NCBI RefSeq assembly: GCF_009914755.1
Contig: NC_060928.1
Length of the DNA stretch: 64,000 nt
Source of the DNA: the human T2T-CHM13v2.0 reference genome, Homo sapiens
Reading direction: 5' to 3' (one strand)
In this document: positions 1 to 14,722 of the stretch, one piece after another
Numbering within the stretch: the stretch's first letter is position 1
Layout of the letters: every line of letters begins with the position of its first letter
Notes under the pieces: model-generated
Seen by the model: only the letters and a program-made list of their open reading frames with translations
What the model was told of the DNA's origin: nothing
Databases searched by the model: none
Made by a program: the position numbers and the translations under genes

Positions 1-899
1 TGGCAAATATTTACAAATGTTTCATGTCCATTTTAAATGCATGCATTTATCTGTTGGTTAAATGTTATCTCTGTACCTGTTATATCAGACTAGTTAATCA
101 AGTTTTTCTGATCTATATACTTAACTTATTTCTTGCATGCTTGAGATATTTCTTGAAAGTTATGTTAGCATTCCACTTACTATGTTGTTGAGTTTTAAAT
201 TGTCCTTATCATTCTGTTACTTATAACTTTAGAAAATTTAGGACTATGAAGTTAGGTACAGACATGTTAATTATTTTATATGTTTGTGCATTTTTATTAG
301 AATGTAATATCTCTATCTTAGACCTTTTATATAATATCATGTTGATGTGACAGCTATATATGCCTATTGTACTATTTTTCTCATCTCTTCATTTTCAACC
401 TTTTTAAATCCTGTTTCAGAAAAGGATCTAATATGTTATAGATAAGTGGATTTTTATGGCCAATATGAACATTTCGACCTTTTAATATCAATAAAGTTAA
501 CTTATTTACAGTTATGTAACTACTGATCTATTTTAACTGATCTGCTGTCTTATTTTACCTTTTCTCCTTGCTCTATTTTTTTCATTGTTTCTAATTCCCT
601 TCTTCTTTGAAGTAACCAACTCTCATTTATTCTCTTTTCCCTTATATTAATAAGTATTTCAGCTCATTGGAAAATATGAATTCTAGTTACAATCTTCAGT
701 AGCTACCTACAAATTCATTCTAACTTACATGATTAGTGGTGTTTTTCCTACAAAGGTAATAAGTTATTTAGTGTTTCTCTTCTCATGCATGAGACAGGAC
801 CATTTTGCATTGTTTTTATTCTTTCTTTCCATATTGAACTCCTCTGTTGTAATATTGTAGAACAGAATTTCCCAAAATCCATATGGTTATGCTTGTACA

Positions 900-1270
900 A
901 TTAGCCAATCTCTCTTCAACCCCCACCTCCCCACACACACCCTTTTCAGCCTCTGATAACCATCATCCTACTCTCTATTTCCATGAGATCAACTTTTTAA
1001 ACTCCTACATATGAAGGAGAATATGTAATATTTGTGTTTATGCCTGGCTTATTTCGCTTAACATAATGACCTTCAGTTCTATCCATATTGCTGCAAATAT
1101 CAGTATTTCATTCCCTTTTCAATGGATGAAGAGTACTTCATTGTGTACATATACCCCATTTTGTTTATTCATTCATTCATTGATGGACATTTAAGTTGAT
1201 TCCATATCTTGCTATTGTGAATGGTGGTGGAATAAATATGGAGATGTAGGTATCTCTTTGATATACCTTG
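900..1270 (-). mobile_element. Old L1 (L1MA/L1MB-type) 3' end fragment
   Basis: Typical antisense L1 3' text: 'accatcatcctactctctatttccatgagatcaacttttt...cctggcttatttcgcttaacataatgac...ttgatggacatttaagttgattccatatcttgctattgtgaat'. Confidence 0.75.
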
Positions 1271-1694
1271 TTTTTTAATACAACATAGTTACGTTGAATA
1301 TTTATTAGATTTGCCATTAGGATATTGAACATCCTTGGCTACCATTGCTCCTTGCATATAACTTCTTTGATCTGACTTAACTTTTTCCTCTTAATTAAAT
1401 TTATGCTAGGATTTTTTAATTAAAAGGGGATAGAACTCAGCCTAAATGTCCTTAAATAAAATAGGTTATTTTATAAAACATTTGGAATAGAATGGCTTTC
1501 ATGCAGGTTGATAGCCATGATTAATTTTTCAACTTTGCTTTTACAGCATCAAAACTCATCTCATGTTTGGAAAAAAAATTGGGGCTGTCTGCTAGCTAAA
1601 ACACTCTCCAGCAGTCTTATCAGATCAGCAATATATTTAATCATTTAACAAATATTTGATAACCTACTAATTGTACAACAGAATTGCAGGCACT

Positions 1695-1900
1695 GTGTGT
1701 CGGTTTAGGTTTTCCAAGAAGCAGATGACAAGAAACACAGGAGACCTACTGGAGAAATATCTGCGTGGGATAAAATGGTGAGGAAACTAGAGTAGCTGGG
1801 GAAAGCTTAAGATCACATTGCAGGTTTGACACACGTGAGTGCAGAAAGACAGCAAAGGTGGATTGAGTAGGAAGACCTCAGTATTCAGTGCAGCATAAGA
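1695..1900 (-). mobile_element. LTR16-like ERVL LTR fragment
   Basis: 'tgtgtcggtttaggttttccaagaagcagatgacaaga' resembles the reverse complement of the LTR16A 3' end; compare 45330-45365. Confidence 0.5.
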
Positions 1901-1904
1901 AACT

Positions 1905-4900
1905 TTTATCTTTTCTCCTTTGTGAAAGATCAGTGGAATATATTTCTGTATGCCTTTTTCTTTATTCTCTATTCTGTTCCACTCATCTGTTGATCTGCTC
2001 TTTTACAAATACCAGGTTGTCTTGATTTCTTCAGCATTGTAACTCTCGAAGTCAGGTAGTGTCAGTCCTGCAACTTTGATCTTCTTCAGTATTGTGTTGA
2101 CTATTCTGTTTCTCTTGCCTTCCACATAAATTTTAGAGTCAGTTTGCTGATATCCACAAAACAATTTGCTAGTATTTTGACTAGGATTACATTGAATCTA
2201 GAGATTGCGTGGGAAAAAATTCTAACTTAGTGATATTGAGTCTTTCTATCAATGAACATCTAATATCTGTCAATGTATTTATATCTTTGATATCTTTCAT
2301 TAGACTTGTATAATTTTCCTTATATTGAACCCTGTGCTATTTTGTTAGATTTGCTCCTAGTAAATGTTTCTATTGCAAATTCTTATTGTTCATTGTTGTT
2401 ATGGGAAATCATTTGAGTTTTTTGTATTAAGATTGCATTTGGCAACCTTGTTATAATTGCTTATTAGTTTCAGGAGTTTTTTGTTGATTCTTTGGGATTT
2501 TCTACACAGACAGATGTCATCTGTGAACAATGACAGTTTCATTTCTTTTTTTCTAATCTGTATACTTTTTATTTCTTTTCTTTGTTTCTTTGTTTCATTG
2601 CATTAGCTAAGAATTTCAGTAAAATGTTAAGGAGTAATAAGAAGGGACATCCCTGCTTTATTCTCAGTTATAGAGGGAAAGCATCTAATTTCTGAACATT
2701 AACACTGATGTAAGCCATTTAATTTTTGTAAGTGTTCTTTATCAAGTTCAAGAATGAATGGTTTCCCTTCATTCTTAGTTTGCTGAGTTTTTATCATGAA
2801 TAAGTCAACTTTTGTCAAATTATTTTCCACATCTATTGATATGATCATGCGACTTTTCTTCTTTGATGTAATAGAGTACATTAATTGATTTTTCAGATGT
2901 TGAAATAATCTCACATAATGGGAATAAATTTTACTTGGTCATAGAGAATAGGTTTTTACACATTGTTGAATTTGATTAATTAATACCATGTTGATAATTT
3001 TTTCATGTATGTTGATGAGACATACTGGCCTGTAGTTTTTCTTTCTTGGAATGGCTTTATCTGGTAATGCAGGCTTCATAGTATGAGTAAGTAAGTGTCC
3101 CCTCTGTTTCTGTTTTCTGGAAGAGATTGTAAAGAATTGGTTTTGGAAAGAGATTAGTATTTGAAATGATAGACTGAGTAAAGTAGATGGTCCTTCACAA
3201 TGTGAATGGGCATTCAGGCAATCGTTCAGAGCCTAAAGGAAACAAAATGGTGAAAGAAGGTTGAATTTGCTCTCCTCCTGACTGCTTAAGCTGGAGCATT
3301 GATCTTCTTCTGCCCTTGGTGCTCCTGATTTCCAGACCTTCAGGCACAGATGGGAATTTACAACATCAGCTCTCTGGCTCTCAGGCTTTTGAAGTATACC
3401 ACCAACTTTCCTGGGTGTCCCGCATGCAGACAGCCAATTGTGGGACTTTTCAGCCTCCATAAACATATGACCCAACACTGTATAATACGTCTCTTTATTT
3501 ATACTCAGATGCAGTATTTTATCTCCTTCATTTTCTCTGTTTTTCTGCTTAAGATTGTATTGGTTTCTGCCCTAATTTTTATTATTTATTTTCTTATGCC
3601 CATTTTGGATTTAAGTGAATTTTCTTTCTCGAGTTGGAAGCATAAATTATGCAATTTTGATCTTTCTCCTTTTGTAATATATGCACTTGATGCTATAAAT
3701 TTCCCTCTAAGCACTGCTTTTGCTACACTGCAAAATTTGTAATGGAATTGTATTTTCATTAAATTCAAAATTTTAAAAATTTCTCTTAAGACTTCTAATC
3801 TCCAAATATTTTGGGGGTTTTTACAGCTATAATTTGTTATTAATTTTCAATAAATTCCACTGTAGTCTAAGAGCATATTTCGTATGCTTTCCTTTTTTTA
3901 AATTTATTAATGTCTGTTTTATAACCTAGAATTAAATCTTTATTTGTGAATGTTGTGAGACTGGAATAATGTGTACTCTGTTGTTGTTTGGTATATTCTA
4001 TAAATGTCAATGAGACCTACTTTATTAATGGTGCTATTCAGTTCAACTATGTCTTTACTGATTTTCTGCATGCTTAATCTGACAATTACTGGTAGAGTTA
4101 TGTTTAATTCTCCAAGAATAATATATTTGTAAGTTCATGTTTGCAGTTCTGTGAGTTCTTCCCTCACTCTTTTATTCTCTCCATTTCAGTTTGGGATGTT
4201 TTTATTGATAAATCTTGAGGCTCACTGATTTTTTTCCTGGGCTGTGTCCAGTTTACTGGTTAAACTCCTCCAAGGCATTCTTTATTTCATTTACAGTGAA
4301 TTTGATTTCTAGTACATTTTTCTGATGCTTTCATCAAGTTTATATCTCTCTGCTTACATATTCATCTGTTCTTGCATGTTGTTTCATTTTTCCATTAGAG
4401 CCTGTCATACTAATCGTAGTTATTTTAAGCTATCTGATAATTCCAAAATTTGTATCATGCAAGAATTTTGTTCTGCTGTTTTGTTTTTTCTGGCCATCTT
4501 CTTTTCTTACCTCCTAGCGTGCTTTGTTATTTTTTTGTTGAATGTTAGAAAGGATGTATCTGGTCATAGGAATGAAGTTAATCAGGCTTTTAGTGTGAGG
4601 TTTTATATTAATCTGTGTAAGAACTGGATAGTGCTTAGTGTTGGCTATAGTTGCAGGTGCCGGAAGCTTTAGTTTTCTTTAGAGTCTTTGCTGTTTTTTG
4701 CCCTACTGTCATTGTTTTTCCCTAGGAACTTCTTAAATAGAACGGATGTTCTGTAGGTCTCTCAGTTGTAATCCACTGCTGTTATTCTAGAGCCTTGTTC
4801 CCATAGTGGTAAGGCGTTAGAGAGGGGAAACACTCTGTAGTCTTATTACTCAATCTCAGTTTATTTTTTACAGGTCTTGGTCCTGAGCTGTGGCCTTCTG

Positions 4901-5480
4901 ATGCATTTCTTGATCTTTTTACCATTTTCTACCCTTGTAATTGTCTAATTGACCTCTCCTCTCTTCAGATAAGGCTAAGACAAAGTAGTTTTCTTTGAAA
5001 GCTGGCCTTTGTTATGAATAATTCTCTGGATGTATTTCAAAGTGATTACTTTCACCTGATCTTTCAAAATGGTTATTTTTCCCCTCCCCATACACTGAAG
5101 CAAGAGGGATTTTATTCTCCCATTTTTACCATGAGAACCTGATGGTGCTCATGGTCGCAAAACCCAGAAAAGTACCAGGACACTAAGATTGTGCCCACAG
5201 GAACATTTAACTATCAAGCTATTCACAGTCATTCTGCAGCAATTCATCAATTAGCTTTCAGTGTTCCTTCCAGTTTATGGCTCCCAGTGAACTGATGTAG
5301 GCTGTGTTTCTCTGTACTTGTCTATCTCTCTAGCTGTAAGAATGGAGGTTTGCTATGTAACCTTAACTCCCTGATGGATCTAAGAAACATTTATTTTCAG
5401 TTTGTTTAACTATCTGTTTTGTGAGAAAAGGAATAATGACTTACAAATTCTTCACATTTTGGAGCTAAAAATCAGAAGTC
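1905..5480 (-). mobile_element. Decayed L1M element (ORF2 and upstream remnants), interrupted by an MLT2 LTR
   Basis: Antisense ORF2-like text ('gtcaggtagtgtcagtcctgcaactttgatcttc', 'gggacatccctgctttattctc'). ORFs 2699-2914 (MIISIDVE) and 3586-3768 (AKAVLRGKFIA) are L1 ORF2 motifs. Confidence 0.8.
3150..3490 (+). mobile_element. MLT2 (ERVL) LTR fragment nested in L1
   Basis: 'gattagtatttgaaatgatagactgagtaaagtagatggtccttcacaatgtg...gtgggactttt cagcctccataa' matches MLT2 family text. Confidence 0.75.
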
Positions 5481-6084
5481 AGATTATTGAATGTTAATTT
5501 TTGAATGTTACTGTTTATGCCAGAACAGCACATAATATAAACTTAATATCTTAAGATGCTTGTTGTATGTTAAATTATGTTGTTAAATGTTGCAGAGTTA
5601 ATGGAATTATTCAACCAGAACAAATAAAATAGATTATTTCATTTTAGTTTTCTCTGGAAATCCCTACAGAAGTCTCATACCACATGTAAACAGACTATTA
5701 GCTCTTCTCCTATAGCTTGGTAGTTTGTTTGTTTAAACTGGGTCAACAAACCATGAGCTCCATGAGCTATGACTACATTTCATCTATTTTTGTATTCACA
5801 GTCTCTAGTATAGTGCTAACATATAGAATAATCTCAATAAGATTTGTTGAAAAAGCCATTTGCTTTACATTAAAAACTCCCAGAGTAAAGAATTATATCC
5901 TAAACATCTTTATATTCTACCCCTCCATCAAACAATGTAGTTATATATGAGTCACCAACAAATAATGAATATATGTATAAAATAGTAGATAAATAAATAT
6001 AATTTTCTACCTTAGTCCTCAAAAATGTTGGTCTGTGGTAGAGTGAATATAAGTTCCTCTATGAACCTAAATTGAGAGTGAATC

Positions 6085-6300
6085 AGATGTGCTTGGACTT
6101 CAATCCCAGCTCCAAGTTTTTCATTCTTTTACATTCTTTTCATTCTTTTACATTCTTTTCATTCAATTTACATTCTTTCTCTGAACCACCCCAATCTGTG
6201 AAATGGAGATAATAATTTGACTATAATTTTGTTACAGATTAAGATGATAATGTTCCAATATGTAATTTCATACTGTGTATATACTTGGTGCTTAATAAAT
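6085..6300 (+). mobile_element. MIR SINE fragment containing a short tandem repeat
   Basis: 'ttcaatcccagctcca...ctctgaacc...atctgtgaaatggagataataat' is MIR core text. Confidence 0.55.
6121..6178. repeat. 19-bp tandem repeat (tcattcttttacattcttt) x3
   Basis: Two exact units at 6121-6139 and 6140-6158, plus a degenerate third unit. Confidence 0.85.
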
Positions 6301-6589
6301 ATTTCCTTTTCCCATAACTCATCACTCCTTTTTTGTAAATATTAACTATGTATGCAGCAAGATATTTACGTAGATGGTATAAGAAAATTAAGTAGCGTAC
6401 AACAATCATTATTTTATTTCATTTTCTGAGGGGGGGCAAATATACTTCAAAATCCACTGATAGATTCTTATCTTTTCCTCATAAAAGTAGTATATAAAAG
6501 TATCTTTTCCTCATAAAATCCTTTTGAACACTTTCAATACTTCAATTTATCTTCATTTCTTCCTCTGACCTGCTACTTCTCTCACTTCC

Positions 6590-7002
6590 TCTCCAGCTAA
6601 AGTTCTCTCTCCTCATGCCCTCACTCACTGTGTTCAAACTACAGGCATGTCAGGTATGCATCTTCCTCAACGCCTTTGCAAACCTTATTTTATTTTCTGG
6701 CTGAAATAATCTTCCTCTAGATGATCTTAGATATTCCTGCATATCTTTCTATGACCATCTTATTTAAACACAACTCCCTGGTACTTTATTAGGCCACCCC
6801 TGTATTCATTTTCTCTCTAGAGTTTACTATCATCTGGCATTCATGACATATCATGAATTTTATTTTTTATTGATAATGTTTCTCACCCTCTCCAATTAGA
6901 ACCTAAGCTCCATGAAATCAGGGAATTTTGAGTATTTTTTTCATTGTTGTGTCTGGCACATGATAGACATTTCATAAATATTTGTGGTGTGAATAAATGA
7001 AT
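6590..7002 (+). mobile_element. L2 LINE 3' end
   Basis: 'taagctccatgaaatcaggga...tctggcacatgatagacatttcataaatatttgtggtgtgaataaatgaat' is the L2 terminus. Confidence 0.75.
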
Positions 7003-7835
7003 ATAGTGGCATTATAAGCAAAGAGTTCATAAGAGAAGCATACACAATCTTTTAAAAATACATTAAGGTTATGACTTGCTTTATTATTCTTTATTCTAAG
7101 GTCAGAAGCTCTGATAGACACTCTAAAATAAAGTGGGGCACGGACAGATTGATAGTGTTCTTCTAAGCTTATTATTTTTCACAGATGTTACTTGGGAGAC
7201 TTAGTTTCCAAAAACAGAGAAAAAGAAAGAGACAGAGGTTGCATGTGAATGATAGTTTTACTGATACACACCAAATGCCCATTACCATGAGAATATATGT
7301 ATTGCTTTATAGAAAATTTGTATTAGTGGTTCATTTTAATGAAGTACCTTTCATTTGGCATCTCATATTGTCCAGACATATAATCATAACAGCTAAATTT
7401 TCAAATAATATAATGCAGTCTCCCAAAGTGGCAGGCATTCTACTGTATGGTGCAGATTATAGTGGGAAGATGATCACATTTTCCTAAATATTCATTTATT
7501 TTTAAATGTTTCAGAAAAGAATTGACGTCCTAAACCAAATTCATTGAAGTAGCAAGTTTACATTATTGCCAAAGACTCCCTTAGACAAATCAAATATATC
7601 TTTGAGAAAGTTTTGATATTTTATTTCACAAGCTGAGTGTCTACTCTGTGCTGTATGCTATCTATGGCTGTCACTGGTGATAAAGTAAAACAAAATTCCA
7701 TCCCTTGCCTTTAGCTTTTCTCAGGCCAGTTTGTCTTCCTCTCCTATTAAAACAATGCTCATTTAGTATTGTAATTTATCTAGAATCACCATTCTTTTTT
7801 TTCTCTGTAATCCCCCAAATCTCCACATTCCTTGC

Positions 7836-8288
7836 TGAGATGGTTAATTTTATGTGTCAACTTGGGTAGGCTATGGTGCCTGGTTGTTTGGTCAAACAGC
7901 AATCTATATGTTGCTGTGAGTGTTGTTTGTTTTTGATTTTGCTTTAAAATGTGATTAACATTTAGATCAGTAGACAATATGGAGATTTCTCTAAGAAGAG
8001 AGCTCTTCAAGACCATGACATAGAAAGTCTGCTTGAGTTTCCAGCCTGCTACCCTGTAGAATTTAGACTTAAGACTGGAATATCAATTTCCTCCTAAATT
8101 TTCAGCCTGCCTGCTGGCCTGCCCTACAGATTTAAGACTTGCTAGCCTCACAATGGTATGAGACAGTTCTCTAAAATAAATCACTCTAGATATGAATATA
8201 TAGATATAGATAGATATATCTTAGGAGATATATCTACATCTATATGTCCTATTTGTTCTTTTTCTTTTGATACTTCTGACTGTAACAC
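7836..8288 (+). mobile_element. MLT2 (MLT2D-like) solo LTR
   Basis: Starts 'tgagatggttaattttatgtgtcaacttggg' and ends 'ctatttgttc...ctgactgtaaca'. Confidence 0.8.
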
Positions 8289-9857
8289 TTGTATTCACAA
8301 TATTTTGTAATTTTCCTGAGAACAGGAATTTCATCTGTTTATTCTGAGCTATGAAACCCTGTTCAATATATAGTGGCTTGACATTAATTTTTGTTGAATT
8401 AATAAATATAACTTCATCTTTTTTCCTGGATAAATTATATCATGCTTCTGTACTAAAATTCCTTTTACATTAAAACTGGAAGAACATTAAAATAAGGAGA
8501 ATTCTTAGGAAAGGGAAGAATGTCTGATTTCCAAGTATATATTCTTAGAAAGAGCATGGCTAGTGCTTGGAAATCATTTGCAAATTAACATGAGCCATAA
8601 TCATTTGATACGATAAGAATCAAAAATAAACATTACCCCTACATACATGTATTATGCAGACTGCTAAGAGACCATGATTATCTTTATCTGCTATAAGTAG
8701 TGAGAGTGCATGGAGATGTGAGAGCTTATGGTTCTCCAGGGAGCATCAGTAAACAAGGGTTCCAGCCCAAAGATGAAGAAGGAACTGAAGCAATAGCATG
8801 ATGGGGTTAGTCTGTGTTGAAAACGTTGGCTTTCTTCCTTAAGTCAACTTGGAGTTGTGCACAATTCTTCAGAAGAGCTATGTAATAATGTTATGTGTCC
8901 TTGGGGGTATTGAAACACTGCTGTAAGCTTATCCTCTCTGAAAAAACTTTGAAGTTAGCCTTTTCTTTAAGGAGCTTAGTGGTTGTTTCAAGAAAACAAA
9001 CACAGGGACTTGGAAACCTCACAACATTATAAGATATTGCTAGTAGACCCTATATTTATTCATTTATTTACTTGTCTATATATCATACATAATATTAAAT
9101 ATACATAAATGTACCTTTTGGATTTTTAGTCTATCTCAGGAAAAATTGTGGTTCTATTAAAATATTTCCCCTTAATAATTATTAATAAAGACTCTTTGTT
9201 AAGGTCTTTTCTATTTGCATTAATATTAACATTAGTTTTCAATTCTATAGCATATCATGAAATTATCATTTTGATTCTTTGCACTATTTAAAATTCACAA
9301 TATTTCTGGCCCACTTTCTTTATATCTTTTTTTCTATCACTATTTCAATGTATTAGAAACATATTTGGTCATTGTAATTGGCATTTGTGAGGAAGGGAAT
9401 CAAATACCAGATATAAAAGTCCTACAGCAGTATACACTGTTTGGCTACTTCCTACATATGCAACTATATCTCAGGCTCAATATGCTCAAACTATGCTGCC
9501 CTTCTTTTAATTCCAAAAATATATTTTTTTATCATCTCAGAAATGTCATTGTTTAGTCTCTATTCTAAATTCTTCATCTTCTATTATTCTCTACACATGG
9601 AAAATGCATGTTAGAAAATTATATTATTCTAAGAAATAGAAGAAAGTTCTAAGTGAAAATTTATTTAAATAAAATAAGTTTTAAAGTATATGAAACAGTT
9701 GGATAAATATAGTACACTAAGAAGTACTAAGAAATAAAAGGATCATAGGATAACCAAAAAAAGAACGAAAATCTAAGGAAAGAAATAGCTGGAAATAAAC
9801 AAAAATTATATTGCATAAAAAATAAGCAACAAGAAATAGAATGAAGTTGTATGAAAC

Positions 9858-10681
9858 TGAACCAGGTGGGAACTGGAGAGCAAGGTCGCTGGAAATCGCT
9901 GGCCTCTTCAGTGCTGGCAGGGGCAAATTCCACTCACTGGGACCTGCTGTGCTCCACTCCTCACGGGATGGGGAGCACATAGGTGAGTGGGCGCAGGAGC
10001 CAGGGCGAGTGCTTTTGGGCACCAGCAGGAGTGAACTCCGTACTGGCCCTGAGGCAGCATCTAGGTGGGTTGTCCATGACCCCTGAGGCCCCAGAAGAAG
10101 TGTTACACTACTCTTTTCTGTTGTCTATGGATGGCTCAAGTGTTAACAGCTTAGTGGAGGGTCAATGTGACAGCCTTTTGCACCTCCACTCATGGCACCA
10201 AAGTTTTTGTTCGGAGTCCAGGAGAAATGAGGTCACACAAACGAATTGAAGATAGTAAATGTAGGGGATTTTATTGTCCATGAAAGTGGCTCTCAGTGGG
10301 AAGGGGAGCTAAAAAGGGGCATGGAGCAGGAAGGTAATCTTTCCCTGAAGTCTGGCCCTTTCTGGTTGGATTTCTTTCTCAAGCTATGCCATCAAGCTGT
10401 CCCTCTGAAGTCAAGCCACTCCTCTCCGACATTCAACTGTAGTCTCCATTGTCCAGCTGCTTCTCTTTTCTCCGCTGGCTGAACCTGGGGTTTTTATGAG
10501 CACAGGATGTTGGCTGGGGTTTGCCAGGGGTGGTTTTGGAAAAGGCACCATTTGAGTGGCAAAACAGGGATATAACTTCTCACTTTGGGCCATGGTATCA
10601 GGATTTTCAGCTTGAGGGTGGGGCCCTCACCTTTACCAAAGACCTACCCTCCCAGGATTTCTCCACTTCTTGTCTCTATCA
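9858..10681 (-). mobile_element. ERV1 solo LTR of the LTR1/LTR28/MER52 group
   Basis: TG...CA termini and a 4-bp TSD aaac (9854-9857 / 10682-10685). The reverse complement begins 'tgatagagacaagaag...gggccccaccctcaagc'. Confidence 0.75.
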
Positions 10682-11099
10682 AAACCAGAGACACCAATAT
10701 GGAGCACAGTCTGTGAAAATTCACACGCACATAAAGAAAATCAAAGGACTAAAGTGTGTGTTTAGGGATTTTACTTATGGAAGGCAGAAAAGGACACAGA
10801 TTGTATACAAAATCGATGTCATTGATTTTTTAAAAAAACAAGGACAGTACAAAATAGTCAAATATGATATACAAAATAACTTTTGTTCACTTTGTATTTT
10901 TAATTAACACTACAAACCAGAAGACATTCAGCACTCACTCTTATTTGCTGAGATAAAAAGCTGATAATGTAGGTCCAGCTGGGATGTATTTATTTTGTAA
11001 GGGCCTAACAACCATCCTTTTTCAGACTTATGGAGATTGCATTCTGATTAAGCTTTGGAGGGGTCATTCTTCATCGTAAGCAATCTACTCATTCCTCCA

Positions 11100-11420
11100 C
11101 TTAACACATGGCTTTGTATGTCACATTTGCCAGGCAGTGCTCTAGGTGCTGGGGAGCATTAAAAGCAAACAACAAACAAATTCCTGCCATCATGAGCTTA
11201 TACAACTAATTTAAGTGAGTATGAAGGGATAACAGAGATAATGAACAACATACATATATACATTAATGGTATAGTTTAAATAAAAAGAGAAGGGTGATAA
11301 GATCATTAGGAATTGTGGGATGCATGCTGAAATTTTAAATAGGGTGATTAACATATACTGATTGAAAAGATGATATTTGAGCAAAGATATTGAGTAAAGA
11401 TGGAGCAAGTGACCCAAGAA
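11100..11420 (-). mobile_element. L2 fragment
   Basis: 'tgccaggcagtgctctaggtgctgggga...atttgagcaaaga' is antisense L2 text. Confidence 0.6.
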
Positions 11421-11477
11421 AGCCTACATGATCAAGATGATCATGGCATTCAGGGGTGTAGTACAAGAGTAAGACGA

Positions 11478-11615
11478 GTAGTTCTCAAAGTTTGAATATT
11501 GGGAACTTGCCAGAAATGCACATTCTTTGGTCTTATCCCAGACGGCTAAGCCAAAACTATAGGTTGAGGTACAGCAACCTGTGTTTTATCAAGCACACTA
11601 AACTTTAATAATGAC
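11478..11615. mobile_element. MER5A-like hAT-Charlie DNA transposon fragment
   Basis: 'gttctcaaagtttg...agaaatgcacattct...gcaacctgtgttttatcaagc'. Confidence 0.55.
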
Positions 11616-12623
11616 TAACCAAGTCTACACTCATAGGTAATGAGTACACCAATATTAGAGGATAAATACGTTACCCCAAAAATGTCAATCAGAGCCAAAG
11701 AAAAAAGTAATTTTAGAACTTCCTTTAGAACTACTGGTAAACAAAGTTTTACATTAGGCAGAATGAAATAGAAATATGAACTTCTCTATGTTAGTAGCAC
11801 AGAAGTGAAGTCTCAAAAAATCGAATTTACACAAAAATTCAGTCCAGGAATAAACCTTGAGAATATCGCGTAAGCACTGAATAAAGCTGACCCTGAGGTA
11901 CTCTTTTTATGTTGTTTTCAGGAGGTGATACATTTCATTTTCACTTCAGTCAATTGGATTTTATTGTCTTCACTAGAAACACTCCTAAATGAGAAGCAGA
12001 AGTATTTAGAATTCACATAACAAAAGCAACTAAATGACATATTGAAAAATATAGAGACTAATGCAGAGCAATTTCAGTTAATAAATATAGAGGAAACAAT
12101 AAAATTTTTAAATCACCATCTTGCTGCATTTTATGTAATAATGAATGAAGGCAATTATCATCAATGATGATGAAATAATTAGGTAAAGATTAATGGGAGA
12201 ATTATGATAAATAGATCAGGCTAAAAACTTGAGCAATCTTAACACTATTGAAACTAAGTCAATCAGATATTTTGTTTGATGTAACAATAGGAAGTACATT
12301 GAACCACATATTTTGACCCCCCCAAAATGAAGCTGAATCTAGTCAACCTTCTATATATATTCATCAGATTATTTGAAATATGGGGCAAACAAATACCACA
12401 ATTTATATTCTACAGATAAAAGGCCAGGATTCTCTTAAATAATTAGAATACAAGAGTGTATTTTCCATTAATATAACTCTTATCTATTTATATTTTTTAT
12501 CACAATTATGTATTACTTTTCTTGATCTATGTCAGATGATTTTACTAATCATATGCAAGTTAAAATTGTTACATCTTTCATGCAAACATAAATTTTTGTA
12601 TATGGTGACTCTATATATTCTAA

Positions 12624-13027
<404 letters not shown>

Positions 13028-13119
13028 AAGTCCACAGGATACTTCAGAAAGATCAGGTGTACTAGTGTTAAGTGAAGGACTTGAAGCCAACGAAATTCTG
13101 TGAAAAATTCTGTGTTACA

Positions 13120-14450
13120 TATTCAAAAACCAAGATAAATGAATATTCTCCTCAGAAAGACTAAGGACTAAATAGAAAATCTAAGATATTTCTAGAACCA
13201 TAAAATAAATTAATAATTTAAATTTTTTCTACAACAAAAGCACCTGCCTTAGATAATTGTACTAACTAGTCTTACCAACATTCAGAGAATAAAAAGTCTT
13301 AAACTCACTCACATTCTTCCAGAGAATAAATAAGAAAAATTATTCATCAATTTTTTAAATAAATGGCTAAATTATGAAACCAAAATTCTATGAAAATGTG
13401 AATACAACATAAAAAGTATAGGGCAATCTCAATTATGATATAGATGTAAAATTTGAAAACTCAAGTTAGATCTATAAATATAACCAAAAATCATTACCAA
13501 ATGGGGTGTAATGTCAGAAATGCACATATATTTTAACATAAACTATATTAGGATGATTTATATCTTTCAGGATAAGTGCCATGAAAAGAATCTGATAAAA
13601 TTTATTATGAATATGGAAAAATTTAACTTCTGCTTCACACTATAACTAAAGTTAATTACAGATGGATTAAAAATATACATGTGAAACCCTAAAATTTTAG
13701 AATTTGGAAGGGCATATAGGAAACTAGCCCTCAGATATCAGTTTATCCAGGTATTTCTTAAACAAGGCACAACATAATCAGAAAAAAATGCAAAATTTAC
13801 AACACAGACTATGTTAAAAAATTATCAAAATATAAAATAAAAAGTAAAAACATGAAACCCCAGATTTAGAGAGATTTGCTGTATATGTGAAAAACAGAGT
13901 CGATATAAAGACTACATAAATATATTGTACAAATCAATAAGAAAAATAAATAACCAAAATTTTAAAAATAAGTAAGAAGTATGAAAAAGTAATTCACAGA
14001 AGAGGAAATACTTATGACCAATAAATAAATAAAAGGATGCTTACTAGTAATTCATGAAAATCACAGTATTAATTCAATGACCATTTCACAAGTTGCCCAG
14101 CATGTAACAGTCAAAAGTGCAAAATGTTTTCTAAGATGTGAAGAATGAGAACATTTATATACTGCTTCTGGATTTATAAATTGATATGAGTTTGGCAGTC
14201 TAGCAAAATTTATGAAATTGGAGTTATGTCCTATGACCTAATAGCTCCATTCCTATATGTATACAGGAAGAGGCATATACTAGAATGCTAATTGAGGCAT
14301 TGTTTTTGTATAAAATACAGCCTAAATATTTATCAATAAGGTAATAAAAAATAAGTAGTAGTATTTTTCTGCAATGGAAATATAGAGGCAGAAAATATGA
14401 AGCAATTAGTGCTCTATCTGTCCACGTGAATTGGTTTTACAAATATAATA
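13120..14450 (+). mobile_element. Highly decayed L1ME-type fragment
   Basis: A-rich text with ORF2 and 3' remnants ('aattcacagaagaggaaata', 'tgacctaatagctccattccta'). Confidence 0.55.
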
Positions 14451-14675
14451 CTATTAGGTGCACAGGGGTAGGTTGACAGGATTCAATTGCTAAAGAAAAC
14501 TTATGAGGTCCCAAATGACCATGCCTGGAAATCTATAGTCTACTACAGGAAAGGATACAATGTTCAAACAATAATTAAATTAAAGGTTTATATCACAGCA
14601 CAAAGCTGTCTCACAGCAAGGGATCTGAAGATGCCAGGCTCCAGCTCATATCCTATTTTCTGCCCTCAATAAGGA

Positions 14676-14677
<2 letters not shown>

Positions 14678-14721
<44 letters not shown>
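14678..14721. repeat. (TA)n microsatellite
   Basis: About 21 uninterrupted AT dinucleotides. Confidence 0.95.

Positions 14722-14722
<1 letters not shown>

Noticed and set aside
7170-7487. Splice-acceptor-like 'ttttttcacag' followed by a 100-aa ORF
   Set aside because: There is no recognisable protein or partner exons, and such motifs are frequent by chance in AT-rich DNA.
8195-8245. Hairpin tagatatatct-tagg-agatatatcta
   Set aside because: It is low-complexity (GA/TA) sequence in the variable 3' part of an MLT2 LTR, so self-complementarity is expected.
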